Part shown: piece after piece, positions 1-13,050 of the stretch
How positions within the stretch are numbered: position 1 is the stretch's first letter
Layout: every line of letters begins with the position of its first letter
The notes under the pieces: generated by a model
What the model saw: the letters and a program-made list of their open reading frames with translations, nothing else
Told to the model about the DNA's origin: nothing
The model's database searches: none
Translations under genes and position numbers: made by a program
Assembly: GCF_003918875.1 (NCBI RefSeq)
Contig: NW_025767293.1
Location: 434,001 to 498,000 of the forward strand
Origin: Haliotis rubra
Lineage: Eukaryota
Direction of reading: 5' to 3'
Length of the DNA: 64,000 bases

Positions 1-25
1 GGAACCATATAACAAAGACCCCTAC

Positions 26-3000
26 CTGACTCAGGCCTACATGAGTTATTTCAAACTTGTTCTTGTAGATAGTTCTCTTGAGACAGCAGTCAAACAACTC
101 AACTCCTCCACACAAGGTTCCCTATTAATCAGAAATCTCAAAATTACCACATGTGAACTCCAGAAACATTAGGCTGATTGACTTTGGTTCGAACCCGGGA
201 TCTTCGGCGTGACGATCAGAAACATTAGGAAACATTAACAGGACAGGCAATATCTGTCTACAGACCTTTCACATTTTGTTTGTATATTGTTTGCACTCAG
301 CAACTTTCCAGCTATGTCAAAGTGGTCTGTACCAGACAATCCAGTGATTGACATCATGTGGATCAATCTACGCAATTGTGATATCGTCAATCAAGTCAGC
401 AAGTCTGACCAACCAATCCCGCTCGTTGGCTCTTATGATATTCAGGGATAGCTGAAGACCAATTCTAACAAAGATCTTCATGGGTCTGAACATTCACACT
501 TGTCAACACAAGCACATGATATCCGTTACTTTCATTCTAATGGATACTTGGCATTTATTAATTTACCCAATATGTCTTAATAAAAACACTGCATTAGTTT
601 CACATCATACAATAAATGAAATCATATCAAGGACTCCACTTGACATATAGATGTTTGAAACTACAGTGGAAGCTGTCTAAACTGGCACTCGTCGGGACTG
701 AAGAAATAATCCAGTTTAGACAGCATGCCGGTTTGTAGAGCTGACATGATTACCTACGACTAGAACTGAACCACTTTTGTCACTCTCATATACATTGTTG
801 TATGCCGAAGCGAAGTGCTTTATTTCTGTGCACATTTTGAGGAAGTCTCTCATTGTCATGAGGAGAGAGTGGCTGAGCCTAGACAGGGGAATGTCGTCAT
901 CTTCGCCATCGCTTTCCTCTCTGATAGGACTGGCATCTTTGTCAGCAACCATGTAGCTTCAACACAGGATTAATTGGTGGCAATACACACCCCACCAAGA
1001 CAGTGCTGATTACTCTATAAACACATATTCGGACGGCTCATTTCATGCCGAGATCCGGAATTGACAGCTGCCGAATTGCAGAGCTTTTAAAAGATGATAA
1101 ATGTACTAGCTTCGGATGGGACAGAGATTTTATGCTGGTGTTGACAACTTGCGGGATTGGACAGCTGCCGGTTTTGACAGCTTCCACTGTAGTATGAATT
1201 TATCATAGAATCAGGACAGTTATGGCTCTCATGGCTCTTGTGACAATATTTAATCAGTCGGCACATACCGCAGTGACTTTGGATCCGTCTTTCTTCCAAC
1301 AGAGGGATGTGATGGTGTACAGGTTGGGGATCTCCTTCAGCTTGGGTTCATCCCACATCTGCTTCCTGGGGCTCCAGTTGAACACCCGCAGTCTGTGGAG
1401 GAGGAGGAGAACGTACATACACCAGCACTGCCATGGCATATACAAACTGACATTATATTCTTCAAGAGTGGAGGGTTTGACAAACAAATTCGCCACAAAC
1501 AGCTGCTGGATTGCTGAAATGGTGTTAAACTCTCTCACTCGACATGCATGTTGGTCTACTCAATAAATGTCAGCAAAAAGTAATCAAGACCAGTGTATAT
1601 AAAATCTTGGTGATATGTAGCTGAAGAGATTTATGACATGTCCCAACAACTGGCAAATTCAACAAAATAATGTCACCTACCTGTCAAAACTGCCAACAAC
1701 AACAGACTGTCCACTCGGGGAGCAGATGGCCGTGGTAAATCCATGCTCATCATCATCCCGGGTGTAGTCAAAGTGTTGGAAACTGCGACCATCTCGACCA
1801 TAGGCCACGATACGCTTGTCACAGCCAGCGGCTACCACTGCATTCTGGGAGTAGGCCAGAGCATACGGAGGACAAGAGTGGGTGCAGATCTTGCCCTACG
1901 TAGTAAGTGAACGTGCATGAAAAACACATATAGAAGAAACAAGTACAAGAGTTATCCCCCCTTTACCACGAGCCTTTGTCAAGCTCAGAAATTGCTTACT
2001 AAAGTACTGTTGGAAATAGAAACAAACTTTTTTCACACTTATATCTGCAATTTATGTAGTTAATATATGAAAGTGTGAAATATCTGTTAAACTAGGTTAG
2101 GCCTAAGTACAGTCTCAGTGGTAGGGAGATAGGAAACGTGAAAAATGTAATTTTCTGACTAAAATTGATATTTTATACTTATCCTGACTCATGCTAATTA
2201 TGCTTGTCTCCTTCCTTTTGCGAATGACAGTGGAACACTTGAAATCTCTTGAAGTTCCCTTTAAAAAGCAGACGTAAAATCACTCACCCAAGAGTAGCAT
2301 CCCTTTCCTCCCTTTGGCGCCCAAATGGTCACATGATCGGCCATATTTGTCACTCTCTCCAGTATGTAAGCCCGACACCCGGATTTACAGGGAAATCCAG
2401 AGTGCCATAAGAGGGAGGTTGGGAGGGCTAACCTCATGAGTCAGGATAAGTATAAAATATCAACTTTAGTCAGAAAATTACATATTTTTCCTTATCCTGA
2501 CTCATGTTAATTATGCTTGCAGAATCCGTCGGAAACGGTGGTGGGTCAAGCCACGTTCTGGATTCACTAGTTGTAGATTTACGTCCTGTATTACCCCCCT
2601 TGGGAACTTATGACGGCACTGTTGAAGATTCTTTCAACTTCTCTCTGATGAGTCTGGGGGGACCACAACTTGTCAGATTTCTTCAGAAACTTCTCCTGAC
2701 ATTTTCGTGTGGATTTTAGATATACTAATATTCCATTAGTTATCTATTGCAACTCCATCTCTTGATGCGCGCATCAAGTGGAGATGCGACCCTTCTTCAT
2801 GTACGAGTATGTCCTATACAAGTACAGGGTCTATCACTCATGCTAGTCTGTCCTAGACGTGTGCATGGAGTTATAGCCATTGCTCTCCAAAGCGTTGGTT
2901 TTCACAAGTCATGTGATAAAAGGGGTGAGATTTACGAAGCGCCTTTGTGGAACCATTAGTTGTTGTGCTACAAGTGGCCCAAACTGGTGAACGCCTGAGA

Positions 3001-6000
3001 CGTCTTCAGTTGCAATGTCTCTGAGGTAGTGGTTGGCAAACACTGTGTTCGATCTCCAAAAGCAGCCCTCCATTATAGTTGTAATCGAGCAGTTTCCATG
3101 CAGAGCAAGTGTTGACGCCAGGGCTCTGACTTCATGTGGATTGGAGGCTCGTGGAGGCTCAAGTCCTGCTGCTTTATATGCCCTTAGTATAACGTCTCTC
3201 ATCCAGATCGATATCGTTGTCCTAGAGACTTCCGTGGGCGTCTCAGTGGATAAGGGGATGAATAGGCGCTTGAATTTTCGTCTCCTTGTTTTAGTTCTTT
3301 GTAAGTAGACTTTAAGTGCTCTGACTGGGCAAAAGGATAGATCATGCGTATCCTGTGGCCCAAGGACTGTACATTGTGCTAGGATGTGGAACTGTCTGTC
3401 AGGCTGACCAGGCAGTTGGTTCTTGGCGATAAAACCCCTCTCAATCCCAGATGTACGATGTCACGATGTCTTGATTCAAATCGTGTTCGTTCAAAGTCCA
3501 GAGCATGTATTTCTGACATCCTTGCTGCTGTTGCTAGGGCAATCAGGAACAGCGTTTTCTGAGTTAGTAGTTCAAAGGATGTCTGTTCTAGAGGCTCATA
3601 GGCATCACTGGTGAGATGTTGTAAAACTATGTTGAGATCCCAGGCAGGAGCCTTAAATTTCTTTTGTTGGTCTTCCAACTTGAACAAGCGTAGTAGTGAA
3701 AGAATCTCTGGTACTTTGGTCAGCTTGATACTCGTTGTCATGGGGATAACTGTACTGAGGGCAGCTAAGTATGTTGAGAGTGTTGAACCATTTAAGTGTC
3801 TCGTCTGTCGTAGATGACATAAGTATTCCGATGGGTTGCTTTCACCGCTGTAAAGCCTTTCCTCTTTGCATATTGTTCAATTCTCTGCCACTTGTCGTCG
3901 TACAAGTTGCGAGTTGATCTGCGTAGAGCTAGTGTTACTGCTTTCGCTGCTCTGGCGGAGTACCCTCTAGTCTTCAGGCAAGCTTTAATACGCTCCACGT
4001 GTGTAGCTGGAACAGTGTCGGTCCCGTGAGCTTGCTTGGTGTGTGGATGGACGAGTAGGTTCGACCACTCTGGTAGTTTCAGGGTTGGACTTCCGAGTTC
4101 TTGTATGAGGAAGGGAAACATACCCTCGCTGCCCAGTAGGGCACGACCCAAATCAGTTGCAACGTTGTCGTCTGCTTGAGTTTCTGTAGTACTTGTGGTA
4201 GTAGAGCAGGAGGCGGAAACGCGTAAGCATTTAGTCCTTCCCATGAGATGCATAGAGCATCTGTTGCCCATGCCTGAGGATCTGGAATCGGTGAGACGAA
4301 CGTTGGTAGCTGTTTGTTGAACTTTGTTGCAAACAGATTGATGTGTGACTTCTGATCCTGACTCGACCACTTCCCTGCTGCCACTTCGTTGTTGAAGTGC
4401 GCACCCCATCCTTGTAGGGAGGCATCCACGTAAAGATGAGTGTTGCAAACTGGCTCTGACAAAAAGGTCCCTCCGCAAACGTTCGACTTCCGAGTCTAGG
4501 TGGGCGTTCACAAATACTTGTAGTGGGCGCAACTGTAGTCTCCCTCTGCGAGTCATGTCTTGAGGTGAGGTGAGTAGACCGAGCATGCTTTGCCAAGCAC
4601 GTAGTGTCAACGGAGAGAACAATGCTTGAGATATCATCTGTTGTATTTTGACCCAACGATCCTCTGGAACGACTATACGATTCACTGGTGTGATGAGTCG
4701 AATTCCTAGGAATTGCAGATCTTGTTTCGGCTCCAGTTCCGACTTGAGGAGATTCACTAGCCAGCCTGATGGTGAAGTTTAGTTGCAGTCTGAGTTGACT
4801 GGGATCTTGATGAGCTTGAATCCGTTGTCCAGGTAGAAAGCACTGCGTAGACCTCGAGGATGTAGATATGTGACGATGGGCTTGGTCACTCGAGTAAACA
4901 ACCAGGGAGCCGACGATATTCCAAATGGTAGAACCTTCCACTGGAAGTGCTGTCCGTTGAAAAGGAAACGTAGGTATTTCCTTGAGTCTGGATGTATCGG
5001 GATGTGGAGGTACGCATCTTGCAGATCTATGCTGGCGAGGTAGTCTGCTGGACGAACGAGATATCGGAGCTGAGGAAGATGTATCATCTTGAATTTTGCT
5101 GGTCTGCGTAGATACTCCCGGTTGAACTTCCTCATGTTGTAGACGAGCCGAAATTTCTCCTTGGAATTCTTCTTCGGTACCAGGAAAATCTTCTACTGCC
5201 TCTTTGTCGAGTAGGGTCTTGATAGCATCGTCCAGTTTCTCTATCTGGTCAGCTGCGTAGTTGAAGGCCATCGGGTTGCTTGTGAGCGGGGAGTGGCTTC
5301 CAACTGTATCTTGTACCCTCTCGCGCAGTATCTGGGATACCTAGTCGTCCTGTAGTATCCCCCAATTCTCCCAGTACCGTTGAAGACTTCCACCCACTGT
5401 CGAAGGTTGCACAGGAACGGCTGGGGTGGAAGTCAATGCTTGCTTCCTCTTGCACCCCTGGGTGCTCGGCCTCTTCTGGGGTTACCTCTAGGAGCTCCGG
5501 TTGGGCGTCGAAAGGAGCCTCTTCCTCCTTTCATACTAGAATACTTCTTTTCTCTGGCTCTGGGGACTCCTGCAAACTTAGATATGTTTGTTGACTTCTT
5601 CAATTCCTCCTCCGAAGATGTAAGATGATGACTATGGGGCTCTGTATAAAGACTTGGTGAAGCGTTCACTCCAAGTGCATGCTGACAATAACCCTTGTCT
5701 TCTCAGGAGAGTCAAGTCCGCTGAGGTGGATGCTAGGTGCTCCGACATAAATTGATGGTCTCTCTTCTGCATAAGTGGAGCGGAGTATATCATCCGGTCT
5801 TCTTCGGCCGAGGAATTCTTGAACTTCAAGATGAGTGTTTCGTTGATAGCCCTCGATCTGGCTAATCCGAAGAAAGTACGCCTGGTGGTTGTATCCAGTT
5901 GCGCTAACTTCTTATCCTCAATCTTGTAAGTTCTTTGACGGGACTCGGTGATAATCTTATAGTCATCATCAACCTCTGGAGCCTTCAGGAAGGGTTCCAT

Positions 6001-9000
6001 GCTATGTTGAGGGAATTTCCTGGCGTTGAATGTCGGGATGTGCTGACTCTGCGACTTGGTGGCTTTATCAAAAGATGCATTGAGGTTGTCTGGTACTTGA
6101 GAGATCGGGTTGGTCGGTGAAAAGGTAGTGTGTCGAAATCATCTTTGGACATCTTGTAGGTAAACGCCTCATCTGTGTCCTTAGAAGGTGATGATAAGTC
6201 CAAGCCATTGGCAATCCAGGAGTTAATTTCCGTATCGGAGAAGACGCCTTCACCTTCATCCTCTGATTTAGACATTTCTCGCTCTAAGGATGCACGACGA
6301 CTTGAGTCTCTATAGGATGATCTAAAAGATGAGCTTCACGCAGGCGATCGATCCCGATGTGATCTTGAATCTTTCCTGGAGATTTGAGACATTTCTCTAG
6401 ATCTTCGCAAAGGTGGCTTCCCCTCTGTACGAGTGTCTTCACGCAGGCTCTTGATGGGTGTCAGAGTCTGATGGAGATGACGACTCATATCTGCGACATC
6501 TGTAGGATTTGGGAGAACGCCTTGATTCCTTCCTGCGTGGATACTTCTTAGCAACACTCTCTGGGGCATCTACTTCAGATTGGGAAGATCGTCGTGTCCG
6601 AGAGCCTTCGCACAGGCTTCCCTCTTCATCTAGATGTGGTGGGGAGACTGTAGAGCCTTCACGCAGGCTAGTAGATGTTGTAGCGGTCTTCATAGCAGCC
6701 TTCTCTTGAGCGAAGCTACGTTCCATCATCGACATCATCTGGTCTGTAAACTGTTGCATGAACAGTCCGGGTTGAAGTTCTGCATTGTCTGAAGAGAAGG
6801 GATGATGCATCTGATACTGAAGAGACGTCATCTAAGGCTCGCTGCACTCGTGAAGAGTTGACGCTGCTGCTATCTCTGGTACCCGATGTCTGCGTTGATA
6901 GTAGGTCTTCTGTCCATGTCTGCGCTGATACCAATGCCGATGTAGGTGTAGAAGCAGGCTTCGTCTGCTTACTGACGATGGTGACTTCAGGTATGAGGAT
7001 GGGTGGATCATCATAAACATCTGCTTCTTCCGGAGGAACAATCTCGGCTGTAGAGCTGAGTAGAGCTGATCTTAGACTTCATAGAAGTAGCCTTCTTCTT
7101 CTGCGAAGATGAAGATTTGGCCTTCTTTATCTGCGATGAGGTCAGCTCAGTAGACGATGATCTCTTATGGCCTCCGGTGTTCAAAACTCACCGAGAGCGA
7201 AAAAACATGTAAATTCAACCGAATTTAAATTTACACAAAACTCACAGCGAGAGCCTAAAAAACATGAAACAGTGCAATTAGGACATAATAAATGCGGGTC
7301 AGCCGCAGACACTTTGTACCTGAAACAAATCAATTGTAAACATGAAGAAAACACATGTCAAACAACGGAAAATGTAGATCAAATTCCAAACCGTAATGTA
7401 GAATATAATCCTAAAAACCGTATACAGCAATAATTTTGATGTAAGGTCCGAAAATATAAAAGGATATGTGCCGTATAGGGACCCAGGTGCTCTCATAACC
7501 ATCCTCAAGGGAGAAGAAAGAGAGAATGACAAATATGGCCGATCATGTGACCATTTGGACGCCAAAGGGAGGAAAGGGATGCTACTCTTGGGTGAGTGAT
7601 TTTACGTCCGCTTTTTAAAGGGAACTTCAAGGGATTTCAAGTGTTCCACTGTCATTCGCAAGAGGAAGGAGACAAGCATAATTAGCATGAGACAGGATAA
7701 GGAAAAATAAGGACTTTACTGGGGAGAGATTAGTGCAAAAATGAGCAATGCATTTTTTTCTAAGTCTAAAGCGACTTATTTGGAACAGACCATGGCTTTA
7801 TGCAAATTAGTGTCGATGATATTGTGTTACAAAGGACACTTTTTAAATGTCCATTGTGAAATTAAACTTAGCTTCATCATAAACGATAGCTGACCTACAA
7901 AATAATAACTTTAATACTGAAACTATTAAGGATGTAGCTACCACGGAGTCTCACTATCAATAGAAAAACAAACAGGTAGGAGGGGGCATCTCAAAAGCAA
8001 ACCAGGATGGGTGTCGCAGAGGGAGGTTGAGGTCGGGCTGGGGGACAGAGATATCAGCTAAGATAATATAATGCTTTAGGGGAATTAAACTGGGTAAGTA
8101 AACTGCATGTCATAACAATTCACAAATAATATCCAGTCCTGTCGATCTTCGGGTGGTCATACCATATATATGTTTTGAGACATTTAATATGATGGCTGAT
8201 TTTAGCTTTTCTATGGGTATCACACTCTTTTACATATTTCAACATGAACCTTATGAAAGAAACACACGAAAGATGTTAATCAATAGATGAGACACATTCA
8301 ACACACATGAAAAATCATAAAATATCTTTGAGATGACCCTTTGTGTCTGTAGGAAGCAGATGCATTTCATACCAGGTGAGCTAACGTTCCATCATCATAC
8401 CTGGCTGAGCGACCTTGTTGCCCTCTATAGTCTGATCTATTGTTTTCAGCAGCTATTCGTATTTTTCCTAAGTTTTGCCCAATTTTACGAGTAAACATGC
8501 TTTTCTGGATATCCTCTTACGCATCCCACTGAATACCCAGTTAGGCCGACTTGGGTTATATCAACAGATGCTATTTGCAGTTGTGTAAATGTTAGGGATA
8601 CAGAGTAACAGCCTAAATACAGTTTTCTTCTATTTCCGAAAGTACTGTATTTGAATGGGCATTTCTGTACTATGCTATATTTGCCCTTGCTATATATTTG
8701 CTGTAAATACGACTATTTTACATCCGAATTTAAGCCCCATTATATCATGGGTCAAAAAACAATTACTCCCACATACATCTATGTATAGCTAAGTAGAGGA
8801 TTGAAAGCACATTCCATTATCTCTCTCAAAAAAATAATGTAACCCATTGTTTTGAATAATACTGTAATAGCACTACCTGAGTATCACCAGAGCCTTCATC
8901 ATCAAAGAAGAACCTGACAATGGAGCCATCAGCGTGTCCTGAGAGGAATCCCTTGCCAGTTGGGCTGCACAGGGGAATAGGATTAAGGGTTAGGGTTAGT

Positions 9001-12000
9001 CTGACATTTTAAAAAAAACTTCAGCATACAATTATTAAGATATGGTCAGAATTTTTACACACAATCAAGTCAGAAACTCTCCACTGACAGTTTTCTGTTA
9101 AGATTCAGTGGTTTTATGGAAGAATATTTTTACCAGTTAAAATTTCAATTTTTCATATGAATTTTTCAATCAAGCCTCAAACACCCACAAAAAAAAACTT
9201 CATCAAAGTTCTGAATAGAAAAGTACTTGTGTGTATATTGCTGTACAGGCATATGTTGACAGGTTGCTGTTAAAGTCATCACTGCCACCCTCGCTAAACA
9301 ATAGTCTGACAACAACCACATCATGGTGAAGTGATTTCTTATTAGCAGAGCAGCAATGAGAGAAAGTTTGAGACAACTGTCCTTACTTTGGGGCTAGTGA
9401 CACAACATAAGACTCTGTGGAGTACACTGTTGAAGATTTGTTTGTTCTTATGTTGGCTGCTCGAACCTGAAAGAGAAATTGTCAACTTCAACAAACAAAA
9501 ACAAAAATACCATTTTACTCAGACGCTTTGGTTAAATTCAATATCGCTTTGGTTAAATTCAATATTCTACAAAAATTCTATTTCAGCTCCTTTATTAACC
9601 TGTAAATATGAAACATATACTCTCCTGAGCATCATGAAAATGTGATAGTTACATCCCAGTTAATGGTGACTTAAGAAAGACCACTTTTCTTCTTGTCTTA
9701 CCTTTTCCATGCATTAAGATTTATCGTAATTTATCTCATATTTCAAAATATTCATGTTGACATGCTATGGTTACACATTTTTTGCATTTAGTTCAGAGAT
9801 AAAGTTCATTTCACTGACGCATGAGAATACCGTAAAATTTGGATATACAACTGCCCCAGAGGACTGGTTTACCTTCCCGTCCGCTAGGCCAAAGATGATT
9901 GGCTGCTCAGCTGGCCACGTCATACATGTGACTGCGCTCTGCTGAACAAACTTGTTACAAATGACCTTCTTGTCTCCCCTGAAAGAAGTCATGCAACCTG
10001 TGTACATTCTGTTTGTTTTCTTACACTAAAGTGTTTACTTACAGGAGTAACAGGCATAACTTGCACATCACTGCAGATATATTTTACTGTGCCATGTTCA
10101 CAAATCAATCAAAAATCATACAATATCATTTTAATTTTCATCAAGAAAGGATAACATTATGTTTAACACTTCTGAAATAACCAAAATTTGGTATTTAGCA
10201 GTTCCTATGTGCCATACCACACATCAATCTGAGATTAGGGTGGAGAGTTGCATCAAAATATTAGGCACAATTGAAAAGTGAGTGAACTGGTTAACAACAT
10301 TCCAGTTTTATCATGGTGTATCAGGTAAAAGCCAGAAAGTGAAGTATGGTGCTGATTCATCAAGAATTATACTTTAATATGGCTAATCTGGTGTACATAC
10401 ATGTATCAAATCAAATGCTCTTGACACACCCTAAGGGGCGCAACTCTGCACTTTGAATTGATGCCTGGACCCCAGTATACGAGTGAATTTGGTTTATTGC
10501 CATTTTGAATGCTATTCCAATTGAATTATGCTTCATTATGTTAATGTGGGAGGAGTGAATGAGTGAGTGAGTTTAGTTTTACGCTGCTTTTAGCAATATT
10601 CCAGCAATATCATGGCGGGGGACACCAGAAATGGGCTTCACACATTGTGCCCATGTGGGGAATCAAACCCAGGTCGACATGACGAGCAAACGCTTTAACC
10701 GCTAGGCTACCCCCCACCGCCCCTCATGTGGGATTAAACAAATATAATAGTATTAGTTCCAGCACTAAATATTAGTTAATACTTCTTTGATTCAAGTGAT
10801 ATCATTGTTCAGTGTATTACTGCCACTTATATAACCATGGTACAGGCATAACAATGGGAGTAATAGCTGTGAAACATCTGTGTATTAAGTTAGACAGCAA
10901 CACTTTGGATTTTGTCAATGAATGTGTTTACAAAGATAAACAAGCATGGTAAATGCATTTCATAATGACAAAACAAAGACAAGTGATAGTTTTTACAGAT
11001 GTTTACTTTGTCATATCAATCAAATGAACACTATGATGAAGTAGGACATGTCAACTATATGCAACTAATGAACTGATACAACATCACACAACTCACCAAG
11101 TGTCACCAATCTTGTAGACATAGATGATGTTATCAGTTTGTCCAACTGCAAGCTTTGTTGAATCAGGGGAAAATGCTAGGCCTTTCACAGTGTAGCTTTT
11201 CTTCCCATACTAAAATAAACAGACGAAGTACCTTATGTTCATATGTACCAAGACTTTTTAAGACCAGAGTTTTAAGTGACACCAACTACTGCTTGCTATA
11301 CTTATTATCATTAAGACTAGATACATGAAGATTTTACTACAAGTCTCAATGACGGAATGGAGTGTGGATGATAAAATAATTGAATTAATAATACACAACA
11401 TTAATCTGATAATTTTGATCTACTGATCTACATGAAAAGTTGGCCTACCCCTAGAATTCAGCTCCGCAAACATTACAAACATTTATTGGAAAAGACATTA
11501 GCGAAACAACACTCAGTGATGTCAGACTCCCTCAGTAATCTGTCATCTATACATCAGTACATGCATTGTCATTGCCTAAGCCCAGCAACATAGGGAATTT
11601 TAAAAATATGTTTGGTAAATATAGTCTGCCATGACTAACAAATCAAAGGTTGTGGGTTTGCGTCTGACGAATACCCACACAAATGGTAGCTTGTCTTAGT
11701 GATATGTGAGCTATGACAGAGATCGTCTTCACAAGAAATTGTGGCGCTGAATTCGAAAGGTGCTCTGAAAAATTAACTTTCTCTGATGATCAGTCAAAAA
11801 CATACGTCTATTCATGATAACACAAATTATGTCTTAATAACTTAAACATCAAGTCTACCTTGGCATCTGCAGGTTTCAGGGAGAATTTGTCTCTCTTCTC
11901 CCCCTGTTCATCATACAGCAAGATGACCCGATCGGATGTGCACACTGCCATCTTGTTATTGTTCAGTGACCATGCAATTGCACAGATCTTTGCTGCCCCA

Positions 12001-12553
12001 TCCTTTTAAAAATGTAATATCATAGCTGAGTAAGAGGCCTATAATGTGTTTAAACATGTTAAAGTGCCATGTTTACTTATAATTGAGTTATACAATAGTA
12101 TGTCTTAACATTTCTGAATAAATTTCCAATAAATACCCAAATGCAATCACTATCAAACACTGTCATTCATTTTCTAAAGAGGAAACGTGAGAATGTAATT
12201 AATATCTAGTAGATGAAATGTAACGTAAACTTTCTAAATCAGATCACACATTGTGCTTACAAGACAAATCAGACACAGGCTACAATTTGCTCAATAAATA
12301 AATCATAATTACACGTTGTGCTCTTTTCAGTTAAAGTGCCTTCTTATCAAAGCTGTGAATTGTGAACAAATCAACAAATGACTTCCATTTTAAACCACAT
12401 CATGACATGTTATTTTTTCAATCTTGTTGACAGTATCATCAAACAGTTGATACATATGAATTATATCTATATCCCCCCAAAGTAACAACTAGTTATAAAA
12501 TGTCAAAGTATTACCTGGGGAGCCAGTAATGTTTTCATATGTTTCAGTTGCAT
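26..12553 (-). CDS. IFT172: Intraflagellar transport protein 172, 5' part (coding exons 12515-12553, 11859-12002, 11097-11209, 9873-9978, 9387-9466, 8877-8964, 1681-1895, 1269-1392, 26-121); gene continues beyond window start
   Basis: Hand-spliced GT-AG exons stay in frame: [124 protein letters not shown].../[36 protein letters not shown].../[15 protein letters not shown].../[32 protein letters not shown], recognisable as the IFT172 N-terminal WD40 region. Confidence 0.96.
280..487 (-). mobile_element. SINE-like family B copy (diverged)
   Basis: Reverse-complement match to the family B consensus (ccagacaatccagtga...gatcttcatggg). Confidence 0.75.
664..1189. mobile_element. Tc1/mariner (pogo-like) MITE in IFT172 intron 8
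   Basis: TIRs CAGTGGAAGCTGTC... / ...GACAGCTTCCACTG, flanked by TA on both sides (662-663, 1190-1191); internal acidic ORF remnant [11 protein letters not shown]. Confidence 0.8.
2435..2519. repeat. DIRS internal complementary region (ICR)
   Basis: First half is the reverse complement of the left terminus (2145-2193), second half of the right terminus (7673-7708). Confidence 0.9.
2909..4100 (-). pseudogene. DIRS tyrosine recombinase (frameshifted)
   Basis: Fragments [12 protein letters not shown] (core-binding), [30 protein letters not shown] (catalytic R), [11 protein letters not shown] (HxxR), [15 protein letters not shown] (W...Y). Confidence 0.9.
4079..5300 (-). pseudogene. DIRS reverse transcriptase / RNase H / DAM-like methyltransferase ORF (frameshifted, internal deletion)
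   Basis: [43 protein letters not shown] (YLDD position), [51 protein letters not shown]. Confidence 0.92.
5433..7170 (-). pseudogene. DIRS ORF1 (gag-like) remnants
   Basis: Fragmented S/R-rich low-complexity ORFs upstream of [10 protein letters not shown] motif and basic RG-rich C-terminus, positioned as DIRS ORF1. Confidence 0.65.
10554..10724 (-). mobile_element. tRNA-derived SINE family A
   Basis: A-box/B-box head, common body, (CTCA)n-type tail, ATGTGGGA direct repeats. Confidence 0.85.
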
Positions 12554-13050
12554 CTTCAAGTCGATGTCTTTCTACAAGTTCAGAAAGATCAGTGACAAGC
12601 AATGAACATTTCGAATTGTTTATGGAATGCTAGCAACAACCTGCCCTGTTTTCTCAAAAGCACCTACGGAATACGAATACGGAATTTAATTCGTTTCTTT
12701 TTATTGCAATAGACGATAAACCATTTTGTGGTTCGCTTTATATTCAAGAATTTTATTAAACATTTATTAAACTCTAGACACTGCATTTCTATCCTGATAA
12801 GAACTGAAACTTAAGTTTATTTTATACTGAATATTTCGCTTTTTTACGAATACCTATTTTGTTTAAGAATCGTTTTATAATGTTATTTGCGTATTCAATA
12901 TATTTACATGTTTCATTCCGTTGGTAGCGAATTATACATTTATCATCATTCTCAAAATATCAATTATAAATAATTTTTATAAAGATAATGTTGATCATCA
13001 ACATGTTTATGAATATACGAAACATTCACCCGCCTTGATATCTCAGAATA
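12554..13050. promoter_or_regulatory. Bidirectional promoter region between IFT172 and the MARVEL gene, with RFX X-box half-site (TAGCAAC, 12631-12637)
   Basis: Divergent ATGs about 500 bp apart; half X-box near a ciliary gene start. Confidence 0.55.

Larger units (their letters stand above)
2140..7708 (-). mobile_element. DIRS1-like tyrosine-recombinase retrotransposon, both termini present, ORFs degenerate, in IFT172 intron 6
   Basis: ~180-bp inverted terminal repeats (2178-2358 / 7521-7701, about 6 mismatches), 3' terminal extension 2140-2177, internal complementary region 2435-2519, and gag-like, RT, RNase H, methyltransferase-like and tyrosine recombinase fragments in the expected order. 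Confidence 0.95.

Noticed and set aside
8985-9000. Telomeric TTAGGG repeats
   Set aside because: Only about two units, in an intron near an acceptor; not an interstitial telomere
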